Assembly (NCBI GenBank): GCA_050250895.1
Contig: JBFWNU010000007.1
Coordinates: forward strand, 192,001 to 256,000
DNA: 64,000 nucleotides
Reading direction: 5' to 3'
Source: Vulcanimicrobiota bacterium
GTDB lineage: Bacteria > Vulcanimicrobiota > Xenobia > Xenobiales > JADMJV01
Below the pieces are notes generated by a model that had not been told where the DNA came from, did not search any database, and saw only the letters and a list, made by a program, of their open reading frames with translations. The translations under genes and the position numbers were made by a program. Below, in pieces: positions 54,228 through 64,000 of the stretch; position 1 is the first letter of the stretch, and every line of letters begins with the position of its first letter.

Positions 54228-55856
54228 TCAGGCCGGCAGACGCACCCGAAACAGGCTGCCCTTGTCGAGCTGGCTCTCGAGTTCCATCTTTCCGTCGTGT
54301 AACTCGACCAGCCGCCGAGTGATGGTCAGGCCCAGGCCGCTGCCCAGAACTTTGCGGCTATCGTTGGCCTGACCGAAAAGGTCGAACACTTTCTGCTGGT
54401 CGGCGGCAGCGATACCCCGACCGCTGTCTTCGACTTCGATGACGGCCTGGTTGGCCTCACGGCGGGTCCGAACCTCGACCCAGCCCCCGGTGCGATTGTA
54501 TTTGATGGCGTTGGACACGAGATTGGCCAGGATCTGGCGCAAGCGCAAGGGATCGGCGGAGATGGTGATGGACTGGCTAAAGCGTGGGGGCCTGAGTTCG
54601 ACCGACTGGCTCTGGGCCAGTTCCTGGGCCTCTTCGAACACCCGGGTCACCACATCGTTGAGGTCGACCTGGCTGGGATTGAGCTTGAGGGCCTGCAGGC
54701 CGAGGCGGCCGAAATCGTGCAGGTCGTTGGTCAGGTCGGCCATATAGCGAGCACTCTCGGCTACCCGCCCGGCCAGCTCACCGAGCTTGCCTTCGCCCGC
54801 TTTCTTCTGAAGGATCTGGGTGTAGGCCATGATGCCCTGCAGAGCGTTGCGAAGATCGTGGGTGACGACGGCGAGAAATTCGTCTTTGATGCGATTGGCC
54901 TGCTGCAATTGGGCCACCAGCCGGGTCTCGCGTTCGAGGCGGCGCCCGTGCAGGACGGCCGACACGACATGGGCGGCTACCAGTTCCAGCAGCTCGAGAT
55001 CGGCATCGAGATAGCAGTTCACCTGTGGCGACCAGAAGTGCAGGACGCCCAGGCAGGCCGATTGATCGAGCAGGGGAGCCGACAGGCTGGCCCCACTGCC
55101 GTCGTTCCACGATTCGGGCCGGCGCGGATAGCGGGTCATCCGGGCCAGATCGGGAATGCGCAGGCTTTCGCCGTGGGTGGCCACCCAGCCGCTCAAGCTC
55201 TCTTGCAAGGGCACGCCCCCGGTATGGCCTTCCCAAACCTTGCCCTCGACGTGATAGACGTTCTCGAGCAGGGCGTTCGATTCGGGGGTGGGCAAAAGCA
55301 TCAAAGCCGCGCGGGCTACCGGCATCACGGTCGCCATTTGGGCGCACACGACCTCGAGCAGGCGCTGCTGATCCTGGGAGGTCGACGTCTCGCGCACCAC
55401 GCTCAGAAGCACGTCAATGCGAGTGTTGGCCACGTGACGAGCCGAGGCCACGGGCCGGCCGGTCAATTCTGAGTCGAGAAACCGGAGCAGGTTGCCCTGC
55501 GAGACCACCCCCACCAGTCGGTCACCGTCGACCACCGGTAAACTGAAGGCGTTCTCGCGCAGGGCACCCAGAGCCGCCTCGTTCTCGGTGTCGGGGCGCA
55601 GCGGGTCAACCTTCTGGATGAAGTCGATGGCCGGCCGGCGGGCCGCCTGCTGCAGCTTGTCGGGCTCGCCGATCAAGGTATCGAGAATGGTCTTGCCGCT
55701 GAGCACCCCGACCAGACGCCCCCCGTCGACGATGGGAAGGAACTTGACTCCATGCCGGGTCATTCGGTGCAGGGCTTCGCCCAGGCGCAAGTTTGCCCCG
55801 ACAGTCACGGGGTCCGGGGTCATCCAGTCGCGAACGGACACCCCCAGCGCTTCCAC
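54228..55856 (-). CDS. Cytoplasmic histidine kinase: CBS pair - GAF - HisKA - HATPase
   Basis: VRDWMT.DP CBS repeats, a GAF domain, THDLRN, NLVSNAIKY, DSGRG and GSGLGL. Confidence 0.92.
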   Translation of the reverse strand: MEALGVSVRDWMTPDPVTVGANLRLGEALHRMTRHGVKFLPIVDGGRLVGVLSGKTILDTLIGEPDKLQQAARRPAIDFIQKVDPLRPDTENEAALGALRENAFSLPVVDGDRLVGVVSQGNLLRFLDSELTGRPVASARHVANTRIDVLLSVVRETSTSQDQQRLLEVVCAQMATVMPVARAALMLLPTPESNALLENVYHVEGKVWEGHTGGVPLQESLSGWVATHGESLRIPDLARMTRYPRRPESWNDGSGASLSAPLLDQSACLGVLHFWSPQVNCYLDADLELLELVAAHVVSAVLHGRRLERETRLVAQLQQANRIKDEFLAVVTHDLRNALQGIMAYTQILQKKAGEGKLGELAGRVAESARYMADLTNDLHDFGRLGLQALKLNPSQVDLNDVVTRVFEEAQELAQSQSVELRPPRFSQSITISADPLRLRQILANLVSNAIKYNRTGGWVEVRTRREANQAVIEVEDSGRGIAAADQQKVFDLFGQANDSRKVLGSGLGLTITRRLVELHDGKMELESQLDKGSLFRVRLPA

Positions 55857-55936
55857 GCGATCCCTTCATTTCCTCGAAGTTGCCTCCGTCACCCCGAGCG
55901 CCAGGGGTGACGCTGCTCGGCTTAGAACACCAGCAG

Positions 55937-57580
55937 ATGAGAGCCGTCGAGTCGGGACCCTGGAACGAGCACTACGATGCTGGCGTGGATCTGACCCTGG
56001 AGGTTCCCGATCAGTCGCTGGGCCAGAGGTTGTTGGCCACTGCCGAACGCTGGCCCCGCCGGGCAGCCGTGTGGTCACCGCGGGGCTGGCTCTCTTACCA
56101 GCAACTGCTGAGCGAGACCCAGAAGTTTGCGGCCGTACTGGCCGGCCTGGGGGTGCGGGCCGGCGACCGGGTGTTGTTGATGCTACCCAACTCGGCCCAG
56201 TTCGTGGTGGCCTATTACGGGGTGCTCTGGCGGGGGGCCATCGCGGTGGTGGCCAGACTCGACTCTGAGCCCGAAGATCTGCATCGCCAACTGATTGATA
56301 GCGCTCCCAGCGTAGCCGTCATGGGTCGTCCTCTTCCCGAAGGGCTCGATCAGGCCATTCGCCGCAGCGGGCCTGACCACTTGATTCTGGCCTCGGGGCG
56401 GGAATACAACCGCAGCTTGCGGCGCTGGTTTCGTCGCGCGGTGGCCACCGTGCTCTCGCGCCGACGCGGGCGCAAGGTGCTGCGCTGGGGCAGTCTCATG
56501 CGCGAAGCTAGCGATGGATTTCCCTTCGAGCCGGTGCCTCCCGAGGCGCCAGCGGCGGTGCTGTACACCGGCGGCACCACCGGTCCGCCTCGCGGAGTGG
56601 TTCTCTCCCACCGTTCTTTGATGGCCAACTCGATGCAACTGGCCGCTTGGGACCCAAAGATGGGCAAGCGTCACGAGCGGGTCCTGGTGGCCTTGCCCTT
56701 GAGTCACTCCTACGGGTTGTCGGCGGCCCTGGGCCTATCGGTCGAGGTGGGGGGAACCCTTATTTTGACCCAGTCCCAGGACCCCGACGTGGTGCTGGAT
56801 CTGGCCAGCCGCTTCAAACCCACTCTCTTTCCCGGCATCCCGGCCCTCTATGCGGCTTTGCTGCGGCGGCCCAATCTTCGCTCGTATCGCCTGCACTCGA
56901 TTCGCGCGTGCATTAGCGGCGCCGCACCTTTGCCGGTCGAGTTGCAAGAAGGTTTCGAGAAAGTCACCAAAGGCCGGCTGGTGGAAGGCTACGGGCTGAC
57001 CGAGGCGGGACCGGTGACCCACGCCAACCCTATTTATGGCCGCCGTCGGGCGGGGTCGATCGGGTTGCCCCTGCCCGGGACCAGGGCCAAGGTCGTGAGC
57101 CTCGACAGCGGTGAAGAGGTGGGTCCCGGTCGAGTGGGCGAACTCTGGGTGCGCGGGCCTCAGCTGATGAGCGGATATTGGAACGACCCGACCACGACTG
57201 GCGAGGTTCTGATCGATGGCTGGCTGCGCACCGGGGACCTGGCTCAGATGGACAGCGACGGCTACTTCTTCTTGATCAACCGCTTGAGCGAAGTGATCGA
57301 CTTACCCGACCGGCGTGTCTTTCCCCGCGATGTCGAGGAGATTCTCTTCGAGCATCCGGCCGTGATGGACGCGGCCGCCGCCGGGTCACCCTCAGAAGAC
57401 TCTCGAGAAGTGGTGGCCTTTGCGGTGCTGGCTCCCGGACGCAGTGTGAGCGAGCCCGAGTTGCTAGCCTTCTGCCGGCGTCGCTTGCCGGACGGCATGG
57501 CTCCGGCCCGGGTCGTGTTCATGGAACGGCTGCCGCGCAGCTCGTTTGGCAAGCTGTTGCGGCGCCAACTACCGGTCTAG
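55937..57580 (+). CDS. Long-chain fatty acid--CoA ligase-like AMP-binding enzyme
   Basis: YTGGTTG.PRG, SGAAPL, EGYGLTE, RGPQLM.GYW, RTGD and GKLLRR. Start uncertain. Confidence 0.88.
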   Translation: MRAVESGPWNEHYDAGVDLTLEVPDQSLGQRLLATAERWPRRAAVWSPRGWLSYQQLLSETQKFAAVLAGLGVRAGDRVLLMLPNSAQFVVAYYGVLWRGAIAVVARLDSEPEDLHRQLIDSAPSVAVMGRPLPEGLDQAIRRSGPDHLILASGREYNRSLRRWFRRAVATVLSRRRGRKVLRWGSLMREASDGFPFEPVPPEAPAAVLYTGGTTGPPRGVVLSHRSLMANSMQLAAWDPKMGKRHERVLVALPLSHSYGLSAALGLSVEVGGTLILTQSQDPDVVLDLASRFKPTLFPGIPALYAALLRRPNLRSYRLHSIRACISGAAPLPVELQEGFEKVTKGRLVEGYGLTEAGPVTHANPIYGRRRAGSIGLPLPGTRAKVVSLDSGEEVGPGRVGELWVRGPQLMSGYWNDPTTTGEVLIDGWLRTGDLAQMDSDGYFFLINRLSEVIDLPDRRVFPRDVEEILFEHPAVMDAAAAGSPSEDSREVVAFAVLAPGRSVSEPELLAFCRRRLPDGMAPARVVFMERLPRSSFGKLLRRQLPV

Positions 57581-58785
57581 CGCAGGGCCCGGTCGAGGAC
57601 GGAGCGGATCTGCGTGCCCGCATAGTGGAGATAATCTTCGGACAGGGTGGGATGCACCTGGAACATCAGCGACGTCCGGCCCAATTCCTGGGCCACCGGC
57701 AGCGGTTGAGGCGGGCGCAGTTCGGGACCGAAGGCCTTCTCGAGATAGATCTCGCTGCATGAGCCAGAAAAGGTGGGAACCCCCAGCCCGATGATTTCGT
57801 CCTGGATGCGGTCCCGATTCCAGTCCGTCTTGAGATGGGCGGGTTCGACGTAAAGATAGTATTTGTAGTAGCTGTGAACCAGATGGGCCGGCGGAGGGGC
57901 CGGGCGCAGAGCCCCGGCTCCCTCGACATAAGAGTCGAGAATGGCCGCGTTGCGGCGCCGGCTCTCGACCCAGCCGGGCAATTTGCGCAGGATGACGCGC
58001 CCGAGGGCCGACTGCATCTCGGTCATGCGCCAGTTGGTCCCGAAACTCTCATGCACCCAACGAAAGCCGGGAGGGTGCTCGTGGTGATAGACGGCGTCAT
58101 AGCCTTTGCCGTGGTCTTTATAGCTCCAGGCGGTCTTGAACAGCTCGGTGTCGTCGGTGGTGACCAGGCCACCCTCTCCGCCCGTGGTCAGGATCTTGTC
58201 CTGGCAAAACGAGAACGAGCCGAACTGCCCGAAACTGCCCACCGCTCGGCCCCGATAGCTGGCCCCGTGGGCCTGGGCGCAATCTTCGATGAGGTAGAGG
58301 TTTTTGCTCTCGACCAGATCGAGCAGAGCGTCCATCTCGCACGGCCAGCCGGCTAGATGGACACAGATCACGGCCCGCGTTTTCGAACTGAGCACCCGCT
58401 CGATCGACTCGGCCGTGATGTTTCCCGAGTCGCGGTCGACATCGGCCAACACCGGGGTAGCTCCCCGCGCGACCACGGCGCTGGCGGTGGCGATGAAAGT
58501 TCGCGGCGGCACCACCACTTCGTCTCCGGGTCCGATGCCCAGGCAATATAGGGCCAGCTCGAGGCTCACCGTGCCATTGGCCACGGCCACGGCGTGCCGG
58601 CTGCCCACGAAATCGGCGTATTCTTGCTCGAACTTTCGCCCCTCGTCCCCGGTCCAGTAATTGACCTTGCCGGTGGTGAGCACGTGGGTGACGGCCTCGA
58701 TCTCGTCGGGGGCGAAGTAGGGCCATGGCCCCATGATGGGAATCTCGTCTTTGGGAAGCACGGGCACTGGGTGTGGGTCCTGCAT
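57577..58785 (-). CDS. DegT/DnrJ/EryC1/StrS PLP-dependent aminotransferase
   Basis: NGT..L, TFIATA, EDCAQAHGA, SFCQDK..TTGGEGG and G.NWRM.E.Q. Start uncertain (58785 or 58839). Confidence 0.92.
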   Translation of the reverse strand: MQDPHPVPVLPKDEIPIMGPWPYFAPDEIEAVTHVLTTGKVNYWTGDEGRKFEQEYADFVGSRHAVAVANGTVSLELALYCLGIGPGDEVVVPPRTFIATASAVVARGATPVLADVDRDSGNITAESIERVLSSKTRAVICVHLAGWPCEMDALLDLVESKNLYLIEDCAQAHGASYRGRAVGSFGQFGSFSFCQDKILTTGGEGGLVTTDDTELFKTAWSYKDHGKGYDAVYHHEHPPGFRWVHESFGTNWRMTEMQSALGRVILRKLPGWVESRRRNAAILDSYVEGAGALRPAPPPAHLVHSYYKYYLYVEPAHLKTDWNRDRIQDEIIGLGVPTFSGSCSEIYLEKAFGPELRPPQPLPVAQELGRTSLMFQVHPTLSEDYLHYAGTQIRSVLDRALR

Positions 58786-58861
58786 GGCTTGACCTGGCTT
58801 CTGTCGGGCTTGTGTTCTTTCCTGTATAGGTGTGCCCACGAGCTACGCCGAAGGCCGAGCG

Positions 58862-59347
58862 GTGAGAAAGATTTGCCTATTCCTCTTTGTTCTTTGTCTG
58901 GCTGGTTGCACGCCGACCACCACCGAGCCCCCCAAGCCCGTCGGACCTGTTCGCATTGAAGCCGGGATGGGGGTCGAACAGGCCAAACTTGGCCAGACCA
59001 AACAAGAGATCGAGGCCCACCTGGGCGAACCCGACGAGCGCGACGCCAACGAGTTCGCTCCCGGCAACACCTATGCCATCTACTACCAGCACGGCCTCGA
59101 GTTGATCTATACCGACGACAAGCTAGAGACGGTGGCTCTGCACCCCGCCGGCGAAAAGTGGGCCGCCTATGACGGCTCGACCCCCGAAGGGCTCTCGGTC
59201 TACTCTACTCCCGATCAGGTCGAGGCCAAGCTGGGTGAGCCCGCCGAAAAGAGCCCGCGCGGGTTGAACTATGAGTCCAAGGGCATCTGGTTTCGTTTCG
59301 ATGACAAAGGCGCCATTGAATCGATCTTGATCACGGCTCCGCAATAA
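58862..59347 (+). CDS. Lipoprotein with an internal duplicated 'E..LGEP' (SmpA/BLIP-like) repeat
   Basis: Lipobox LAGC. EIEAHLGEP and QVEAKLGEP repeats. Confidence 0.75.
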   Translation: MRKICLFLFVLCLAGCTPTTTEPPKPVGPVRIEAGMGVEQAKLGQTKQEIEAHLGEPDERDANEFAPGNTYAIYYQHGLELIYTDDKLETVALHPAGEKWAAYDGSTPEGLSVYSTPDQVEAKLGEPAEKSPRGLNYESKGIWFRFDDKGAIESILITAPQ

Positions 59348-61331
59348 GGAGACGGCGGGCCCGGCCCAGGGCCATCATGGGGAAGTAGTGGCGGTACATG
59401 TGGTAGCGCAACATGAATCCCCGGCCTAACTCTTTGCCCTGGGGCAGAGTGTTGCCGGCCACCGTGACGTCGGTGCGGGCCCCCAGGCCATAGCCGGGAA
59501 AGCCCGTGCCGGTGAAATAGGGCTCGTCCCAGCTGCCGGCTTTGGTCTGGGTCGAGGTGAGATAGTCGAGGCCCCGCTCGAGACTTTCGCGATACTCCGA
59601 CCCGCCCTGGGCCACCAGCGCCAGCAGGGCCCAGGCGGTCTGCGAGGCGGTGCTGGGACCGACCCCGCGCAGACTGTCATCCATGTAAGAGGCACAGGTC
59701 TCGCCCCAGCCTCCGTCCTCATTCTGATGGGCCACCAGCCAGTCGCAGGCGCGTCGCACATAGTTGGCCTGCATGTTCTCACCCACCGCGGCCAGGGCCG
59801 GCACCACCGCCCCGGTTCCGTAGACATAGTTGACGCCCCAGCGCCCAAACCAGCTGCCGTCCGGCTCTTGTTCGCGGCGAAGATATTCGACGGCGCGGGC
59901 CACCACCGGGTCGGTCAGGTCGCGACCCAGAATACCCAGCGCCTCGACTACGTGAGCCGTGACGTCGACGCTGGGTGGGTCCAGGGTTTCGCCGAAGTCA
60001 CAAAACGGGATCAGCCCCACCCATTGCTTGTCGTTGTCCTTGTCGAAGGCTCCCCAACCGCCATTGGAACACTGCAACCCCAGGGTAAACGCCAGAGCTC
60101 GGGCCAGGGCGGCATCGATGCGGGCTCGGTCGGGATAGGTCTCACGCAGGTGGGCCAGCACCATGAGTCCCACGGCTGTGTCGTCGACATCGGGGTACCA
60201 ATCGTTCTCGTATTCGAAGGCCCAACCGCCGGGAATGGCCGAGGGAGCACACATCTCCCAGTCGCCCCGGGCCAGGATCTGCTCCTCGAGAACCCAGTCC
60301 ACCGAACGCTTGAGCATCTCGGAATTCTCGCAATCAAAGCCGCAGTCCAGCATGGCCAACTCGGTCAGCAAGGTGTCCCAGACGGGCGAAGTGCAGGCTT
60401 GCAGATACGTCCCCTTTTCGGTCTCGAAGGCCCAGGGAGCGTCGAAGCAGCGGATCCCTTTGGCCATCACCGGATGATCGAGGGGATAGCCCTCGGTGTG
60501 CAGGGCCATCAACGAGTAGATCCAGGGGGGCTGGATGCCCGCCCAGCATCCATCGGCCTCCTGATGGCGGATGATCCACTCCAGGCATTGCTTGATAGCC
60601 ACTTCGCGCCCCGGCTGGATAGGAAGATGGCAGTATTTCTCGAGCAACCTGTCGGTGAACAAGAAAAAGCTCGGCAGGCTCAGCCAGGGACCCTTACGAG
60701 GCAATCGGATGTCCTGGCGGTGGCGGCCCCCCGGAAAGAGTTCGTCCATGCGCCGCTCGGGAGCAAGCGGCCGAACCGGCCGGCGGGCCGAGAGGATACA
60801 CAGGGGCACGATGGTGGCTCGGGCCCAGCTGGAAAACTGGTAGATATTAAAGGGAGCCCAGTTGGGGAAGAAAATCAGTTCCGGCGGCAGCGTGGGGGTG
60901 CCCTCCCAGGGCCACTCTCCGATCAGGGCCAGCCACATCTTGGTAAAAACGCGAACCCCGCCCAACCCGCCCCGACCCTCGATGAAGCGGCGGGCTCGTA
61001 CCAACGCCTCGTGGTCGGCGGGATAGCCAGCGGTGCGCAGGGCCGCGTAGCATTCGACGGTGGCGCTCAGGTCGCCGGCGGGAGCCTCGTGATAGACCTC
61101 CCACGAGCCGTCTTCACGCTGCATGTTGAGGATGCAGCGCACCACGCTGTCATATTTCGGGTCGTCGGTGATGCCCAGAAAGTGCATGGCCAGCACCCAC
61201 TCGGCCTCCATGGTCGAGTTGGTCTGCAGAAAGCCGGCCCAGTAGCCCTCTTCGGTCTGATTGGCCTCGAGCCAATCGACGGCTTTGGAAATCGATTTGT
61301 CGAGTTTGCGCGCACCGCTTCGCGTTTTCAT
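59331..61331 (-). CDS. shc: Squalene--hopene cyclase
   Basis: YPDVDDTA (DxDD), SPVWDT, multiple QW repeats (QxxDGxW) and FTGTGFP. Confidence 0.96.
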   Translation of the reverse strand: MKTRSGARKLDKSISKAVDWLEANQTEEGYWAGFLQTNSTMEAEWVLAMHFLGITDDPKYDSVVRCILNMQREDGSWEVYHEAPAGDLSATVECYAALRTAGYPADHEALVRARRFIEGRGGLGGVRVFTKMWLALIGEWPWEGTPTLPPELIFFPNWAPFNIYQFSSWARATIVPLCILSARRPVRPLAPERRMDELFPGGRHRQDIRLPRKGPWLSLPSFFLFTDRLLEKYCHLPIQPGREVAIKQCLEWIIRHQEADGCWAGIQPPWIYSLMALHTEGYPLDHPVMAKGIRCFDAPWAFETEKGTYLQACTSPVWDTLLTELAMLDCGFDCENSEMLKRSVDWVLEEQILARGDWEMCAPSAIPGGWAFEYENDWYPDVDDTAVGLMVLAHLRETYPDRARIDAALARALAFTLGLQCSNGGWGAFDKDNDKQWVGLIPFCDFGETLDPPSVDVTAHVVEALGILGRDLTDPVVARAVEYLRREQEPDGSWFGRWGVNYVYGTGAVVPALAAVGENMQANYVRRACDWLVAHQNEDGGWGETCASYMDDSLRGVGPSTASQTAWALLALVAQGGSEYRESLERGLDYLTSTQTKAGSWDEPYFTGTGFPGYGLGARTDVTVAGNTLPQGKELGRGFMLRYHMYRHYFPMMALGRARRLLIAEP

Positions 61332-61367
61332 CTGCGCCAGTTCTTCTGGCGGGCCGACTTTCCTGGG

Positions 61368-62858
61368 TCAATCCCATGGTCGACCGATCCTCTCGAAGAG
61401 CTCACAGGCGTCTTTCTCGAGGTGCCGGCCAACCCGCGGTCGATCGCCGAACTCCAGGTAGTCCTCGTTCTGGCTGGTGAAGCGCGGCCATTGCGGCAGC
61501 CCGTCCGTATTGGGGTCGCCGGTGGCCGCAAACTGGGTCCAGGCGGCTTGCATCTGCTGGCTGACTCGCTGATCGAGCTGGTCGGTGAAGCCGGGCGGCA
61601 GCGTGCCGAAGACATAGAACACGTCCACGCCGTGAGCCGCGCCCATGCCGTTGCGAACGCCACCGGGCGAGACGCGGGTGAGGTGATAGACGAAGACCGG
61701 GGCGGAACGCTGGGCCAGTCTTTGGGCCACCTGGCGGGCAGAAACGACAAAGGCGGCCACGGTGATCAGACGGTTGAGGGCCGGTTTGACCTCTTCGGGA
61801 GTCTCGGCGGGAAAGGCCTCGAGCACCTGCTCGGCGCCAGGACCGAAGATCTTTCGCACCAGCCACTGATAGCCGGCCGGTCGTTTGATGGGCAGTTGAC
61901 GCAAAAAGAGGGTTCCTTCGTCGGCGTTGGTCCCGAGCATGACGGGAACGTCGGTGGCGGCCAAAGCCTGCTCGGCTGGCTCGGGCAGCACCTTACCATC
62001 GATCACCGGCCAGAGCTTGCTGCCATTGCCAAACATGCCGACCCTGGGCGAAGCAGCGGCCAACAGCTTCTCGGCGGGCATAGCGCGCAATTCCTTGGCG
62101 CTCATCGCGCCGAGCAGGTCGACGCCAAGGCGCTCGGCTTCTTCAAGGCTGGCCAGATGGAGCGGCGTACCGCTTTGCATGATGACCCGGTGAAAGAGCC
62201 CACGAGCGGGGGGCGAGACCAGCAGGCATCCTGTCGAGACACCCCCCGCCGACTCGCCAAAAATGGTGACCCGCTCGGGATCTCCCCCGAAGGCGGCGAT
62301 GTTGCGCTTCACCCAGGCCAGGGCGGCGATCTGGTCCAGTAGACCGTAATTGCCCGAGACCCCTCGCTCGGATTCGGCCGAGAGGGCGGGGTGAGCCAGA
62401 AATCCGAAGGGTCCGAGCCGGTAGTTGAAGGTGACTACCACCACGCCCTGGCGGGCCAGGTCAGACCCGTCCTGGGTGGGCCGCGAGCCGCTGCCGATGG
62501 CAAAGCCGCCTCCGTGAATGAACACCATCACGGGCCGGCGTTCGCCCCTGGCGGCCGTGGTCCACACGTTGAGATAGAGGCAGTCTTCGCTTTGAGGGCC
62601 TTTCTCGGTCGGAATCAGGTTGGTGTCGGGCTGCACGCAGGCGGGGCCGAAGCGCGTGCAGTCACGCACCCCCGACCAGGGGGTTACCGGTTGGGGTGGT
62701 CTAAATCGCAGCTCGCCCACCGGCGGCGCGGCAAAGGGAATGCCGCGATAGTTTTTGACCCCTCGAGCTTCCAGGCCTCGGATCTCGCCGGAGTCGAGAC
62801 GCACCTGGTCGCTCCCGGCGATAGACGTCAAAAGAATGAGCAAGAGTATCCGTTTCAC
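61368..62858 (-). CDS. Exported carboxylesterase (type B / PnbA family)
   Basis: GIPFAAPPVG.LRF, SEDCLYLNVW, HGGGF, GESAG, N.DEG and GAAHG. Signal peptide from GTG 62858. Confidence 0.92.
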   Translation of the reverse strand: MKRILLLILLTSIAGSDQVRLDSGEIRGLEARGVKNYRGIPFAAPPVGELRFRPPQPVTPWSGVRDCTRFGPACVQPDTNLIPTEKGPQSEDCLYLNVWTTAARGERRPVMVFIHGGGFAIGSGSRPTQDGSDLARQGVVVVTFNYRLGPFGFLAHPALSAESERGVSGNYGLLDQIAALAWVKRNIAAFGGDPERVTIFGESAGGVSTGCLLVSPPARGLFHRVIMQSGTPLHLASLEEAERLGVDLLGAMSAKELRAMPAEKLLAAASPRVGMFGNGSKLWPVIDGKVLPEPAEQALAATDVPVMLGTNADEGTLFLRQLPIKRPAGYQWLVRKIFGPGAEQVLEAFPAETPEEVKPALNRLITVAAFVVSARQVAQRLAQRSAPVFVYHLTRVSPGGVRNGMGAAHGVDVFYVFGTLPPGFTDQLDQRVSQQMQAAWTQFAATGDPNTDGLPQWPRFTSQNEDYLEFGDRPRVGRHLEKDACELFERIGRPWD

Positions 62859-62946
62859 CTTGGGAGAATCGGTTCGAGGAGAAAAAGTTGCGGCCTGCGA
62901 TCTAGTCAGAGTAGGGAATAGGTTGGCGTTTGCGAAGTGGGCAACC

Positions 62947-64000
62947 ATGCAAGCACCAGGCACTTCTTCCAATCCTTTGCGAGTGGCCGTGATCGGCTCG
63001 GGCCCGACGGGTTTTTTTACGGCCGAGCACCTGTTCAAAGCGCCCGACCTGCACGTGCAGGTCGACATGTTCGATCGGTTGCCCACGCCCTATGGCCTGG
63101 TGCGCGGAGGGGTGGCTCCCGATCACCAAAAGATCAAGAAGGTCACGGTCGGTTATGACAAGACCGCCGCTCGCGACGAGTTTCGTTTCTACGGCAACGT
63201 CGAGATCGGCCGTCACTTGAGCCTGGCCGAGCTGCGCGAGCATTATCATCAGATCGTCTTTTGCACCGGCGCCCAGACCGACCGGCGCATGGAGATCCCG
63301 GGTGAAGACCTGGAAGGAAGCCGCACGGCTACCGAGTTCGTGGCCTGGTACAACGGCCACCCTGACTATCGTGACTGCCGGTTTGACCTGTCGGTCGAGC
63401 GCGTGGTCGTGGTGGGGGTCGGCAACGTGGCCGTCGATGTGGCTCGCATTCTGTGCCGCACCCCCGAAGAACTGGCGGCTACCGACATCGCCGACTACGC
63501 CCTCGAAGCGCTCAAGAAGAGCCAGGTCAAGGAAGTCGTCATGCTGGGCCGCCGCGGTCCCGCTCAGGCCGCCTTCACCAACCCCGAGGCCAAAGAACTG
63601 GGCGAGCTGGAAGGGGCCGACCTTTTTATCAGCCCGGAAGACGCGATTCCTGATGCCCTCAGCCAGGAGGACCTGGCCGCGAACCCTGACCGCGCCACCG
63701 AGAAGAAGCTGGCCATGCTCAAAGAGTTTTCTGAACAACCGGCCCGCGGTTTGCCCCGCCGGTTGACCCTGCGTTTTCTGGTTTCGCCGGTCGAGCTGGT
63801 GGACGACGGCCAGGGTCGAGTTGGCGGGGTCAAGCTGGTGACGAACGAACTCTATCGTGATCACCGAGGCAACCTTCGCCCCCGCGCCACCGAGAAGTTC
63901 GAGGTTCTGCCGGCCGGTCTGGTGCTGCGTTCGGTCGGCTATCGTGGAGTGGCTCTGCCTGATGTGCCGTTTCACGATGCCTGGGGGGTCATTCCCAATC
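62947..64000 (+). CDS. Ferredoxin--NADP+ reductase, adrenodoxin-reductase/FprA type (3' truncated)
   Basis: Read directly: MQAPGTSSNPLRVAVIGSGPTG..., PTPYGLVRGGVAPDH, EFVAWYNGHP, GVGNVAVDVAR, GRRGPAQAAFT and RSVGY. The frame is open to the window end. Confidence 0.92.
   Translation, partial: MQAPGTSSNPLRVAVIGSGPTGFFTAEHLFKAPDLHVQVDMFDRLPTPYGLVRGGVAPDHQKIKKVTVGYDKTAARDEFRFYGNVEIGRHLSLAELREHYHQIVFCTGAQTDRRMEIPGEDLEGSRTATEFVAWYNGHPDYRDCRFDLSVERVVVVGVGNVAVDVARILCRTPEELAATDIADYALEALKKSQVKEVVMLGRRGPAQAAFTNPEAKELGELEGADLFISPEDAIPDALSQEDLAANPDRATEKKLAMLKEFSEQPARGLPRRLTLRFLVSPVELVDDGQGRVGGVKLVTNELYRDHRGNLRPRATEKFEVLPAGLVLRSVGYRGVALPDVPFHDAWGVIPN

Noticed and set aside
59727-62342. 871-aa + strand ORF
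   Set aside because: Antisense shadow of shc and the carboxylesterase, typical of high-GC codon bias, with no recognisable motifs.
62902-63975. 357-aa - strand ORF
   Set aside because: Antisense to the real ferredoxin-NADP+ reductase on the + strand, which the ORF track missed because it runs off the window.

Overview
A 64-kb, GC-rich (roughly mid-60s %), gene-dense bacterial chromosomal window with about 55 CDS. It has no rRNA, tRNA, transposase, prophage or CRISPR-Cas. Core genes include chdC/hemQ, pepP, uvrB, a polA-like gene followed by rpsA-coaE-slt-FHA-rodA-pbp, mutY, pilT/pilU, serS, a lexA-like gene, rsbV-rsbW-sigB-like genes, sppA, proline dehydrogenase, shc and an FNR. The gene mix (Gram-positive-type LexA and ChdC, 4-domain S1, hopanoid cyclase, many PilT paralogues) suggests a Terrabacteria lineage such as Vulcanimicrobiota/Eremiobacterota; this is inference only. 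Most notable: (1) a dnaX-style -1 frameshift cassette (SD-like motif, A_AAA_AAG, strong hairpin) at the FHA/rodA junction that would produce an FHA-RodA fusion; (2) a full-length Pol I in the polA-rpsA-coaE position whose polymerase motifs A, B and C are degenerate; (3) a TPP riboswitch upstream of two genes with no known link to thiamine; (4) an 11-unit modular array of palindromic REP-like elements; (5) a FecR/CHASE2-cyclase/cNMP-HD-GYP operon whose cyclase has non-canonical base-specificity residues; (6) a LexA lacking its catalytic Ser-Lys dyad, plus a perfect Gram-positive SOS box elsewhere; (7) active and degenerate PilT ATPase pairs, including a tandem fusion; and an overall high density of apparent pseudoenzymes. 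All motif calls were made by eye from the sequence and ORF translations; no database searches were run.
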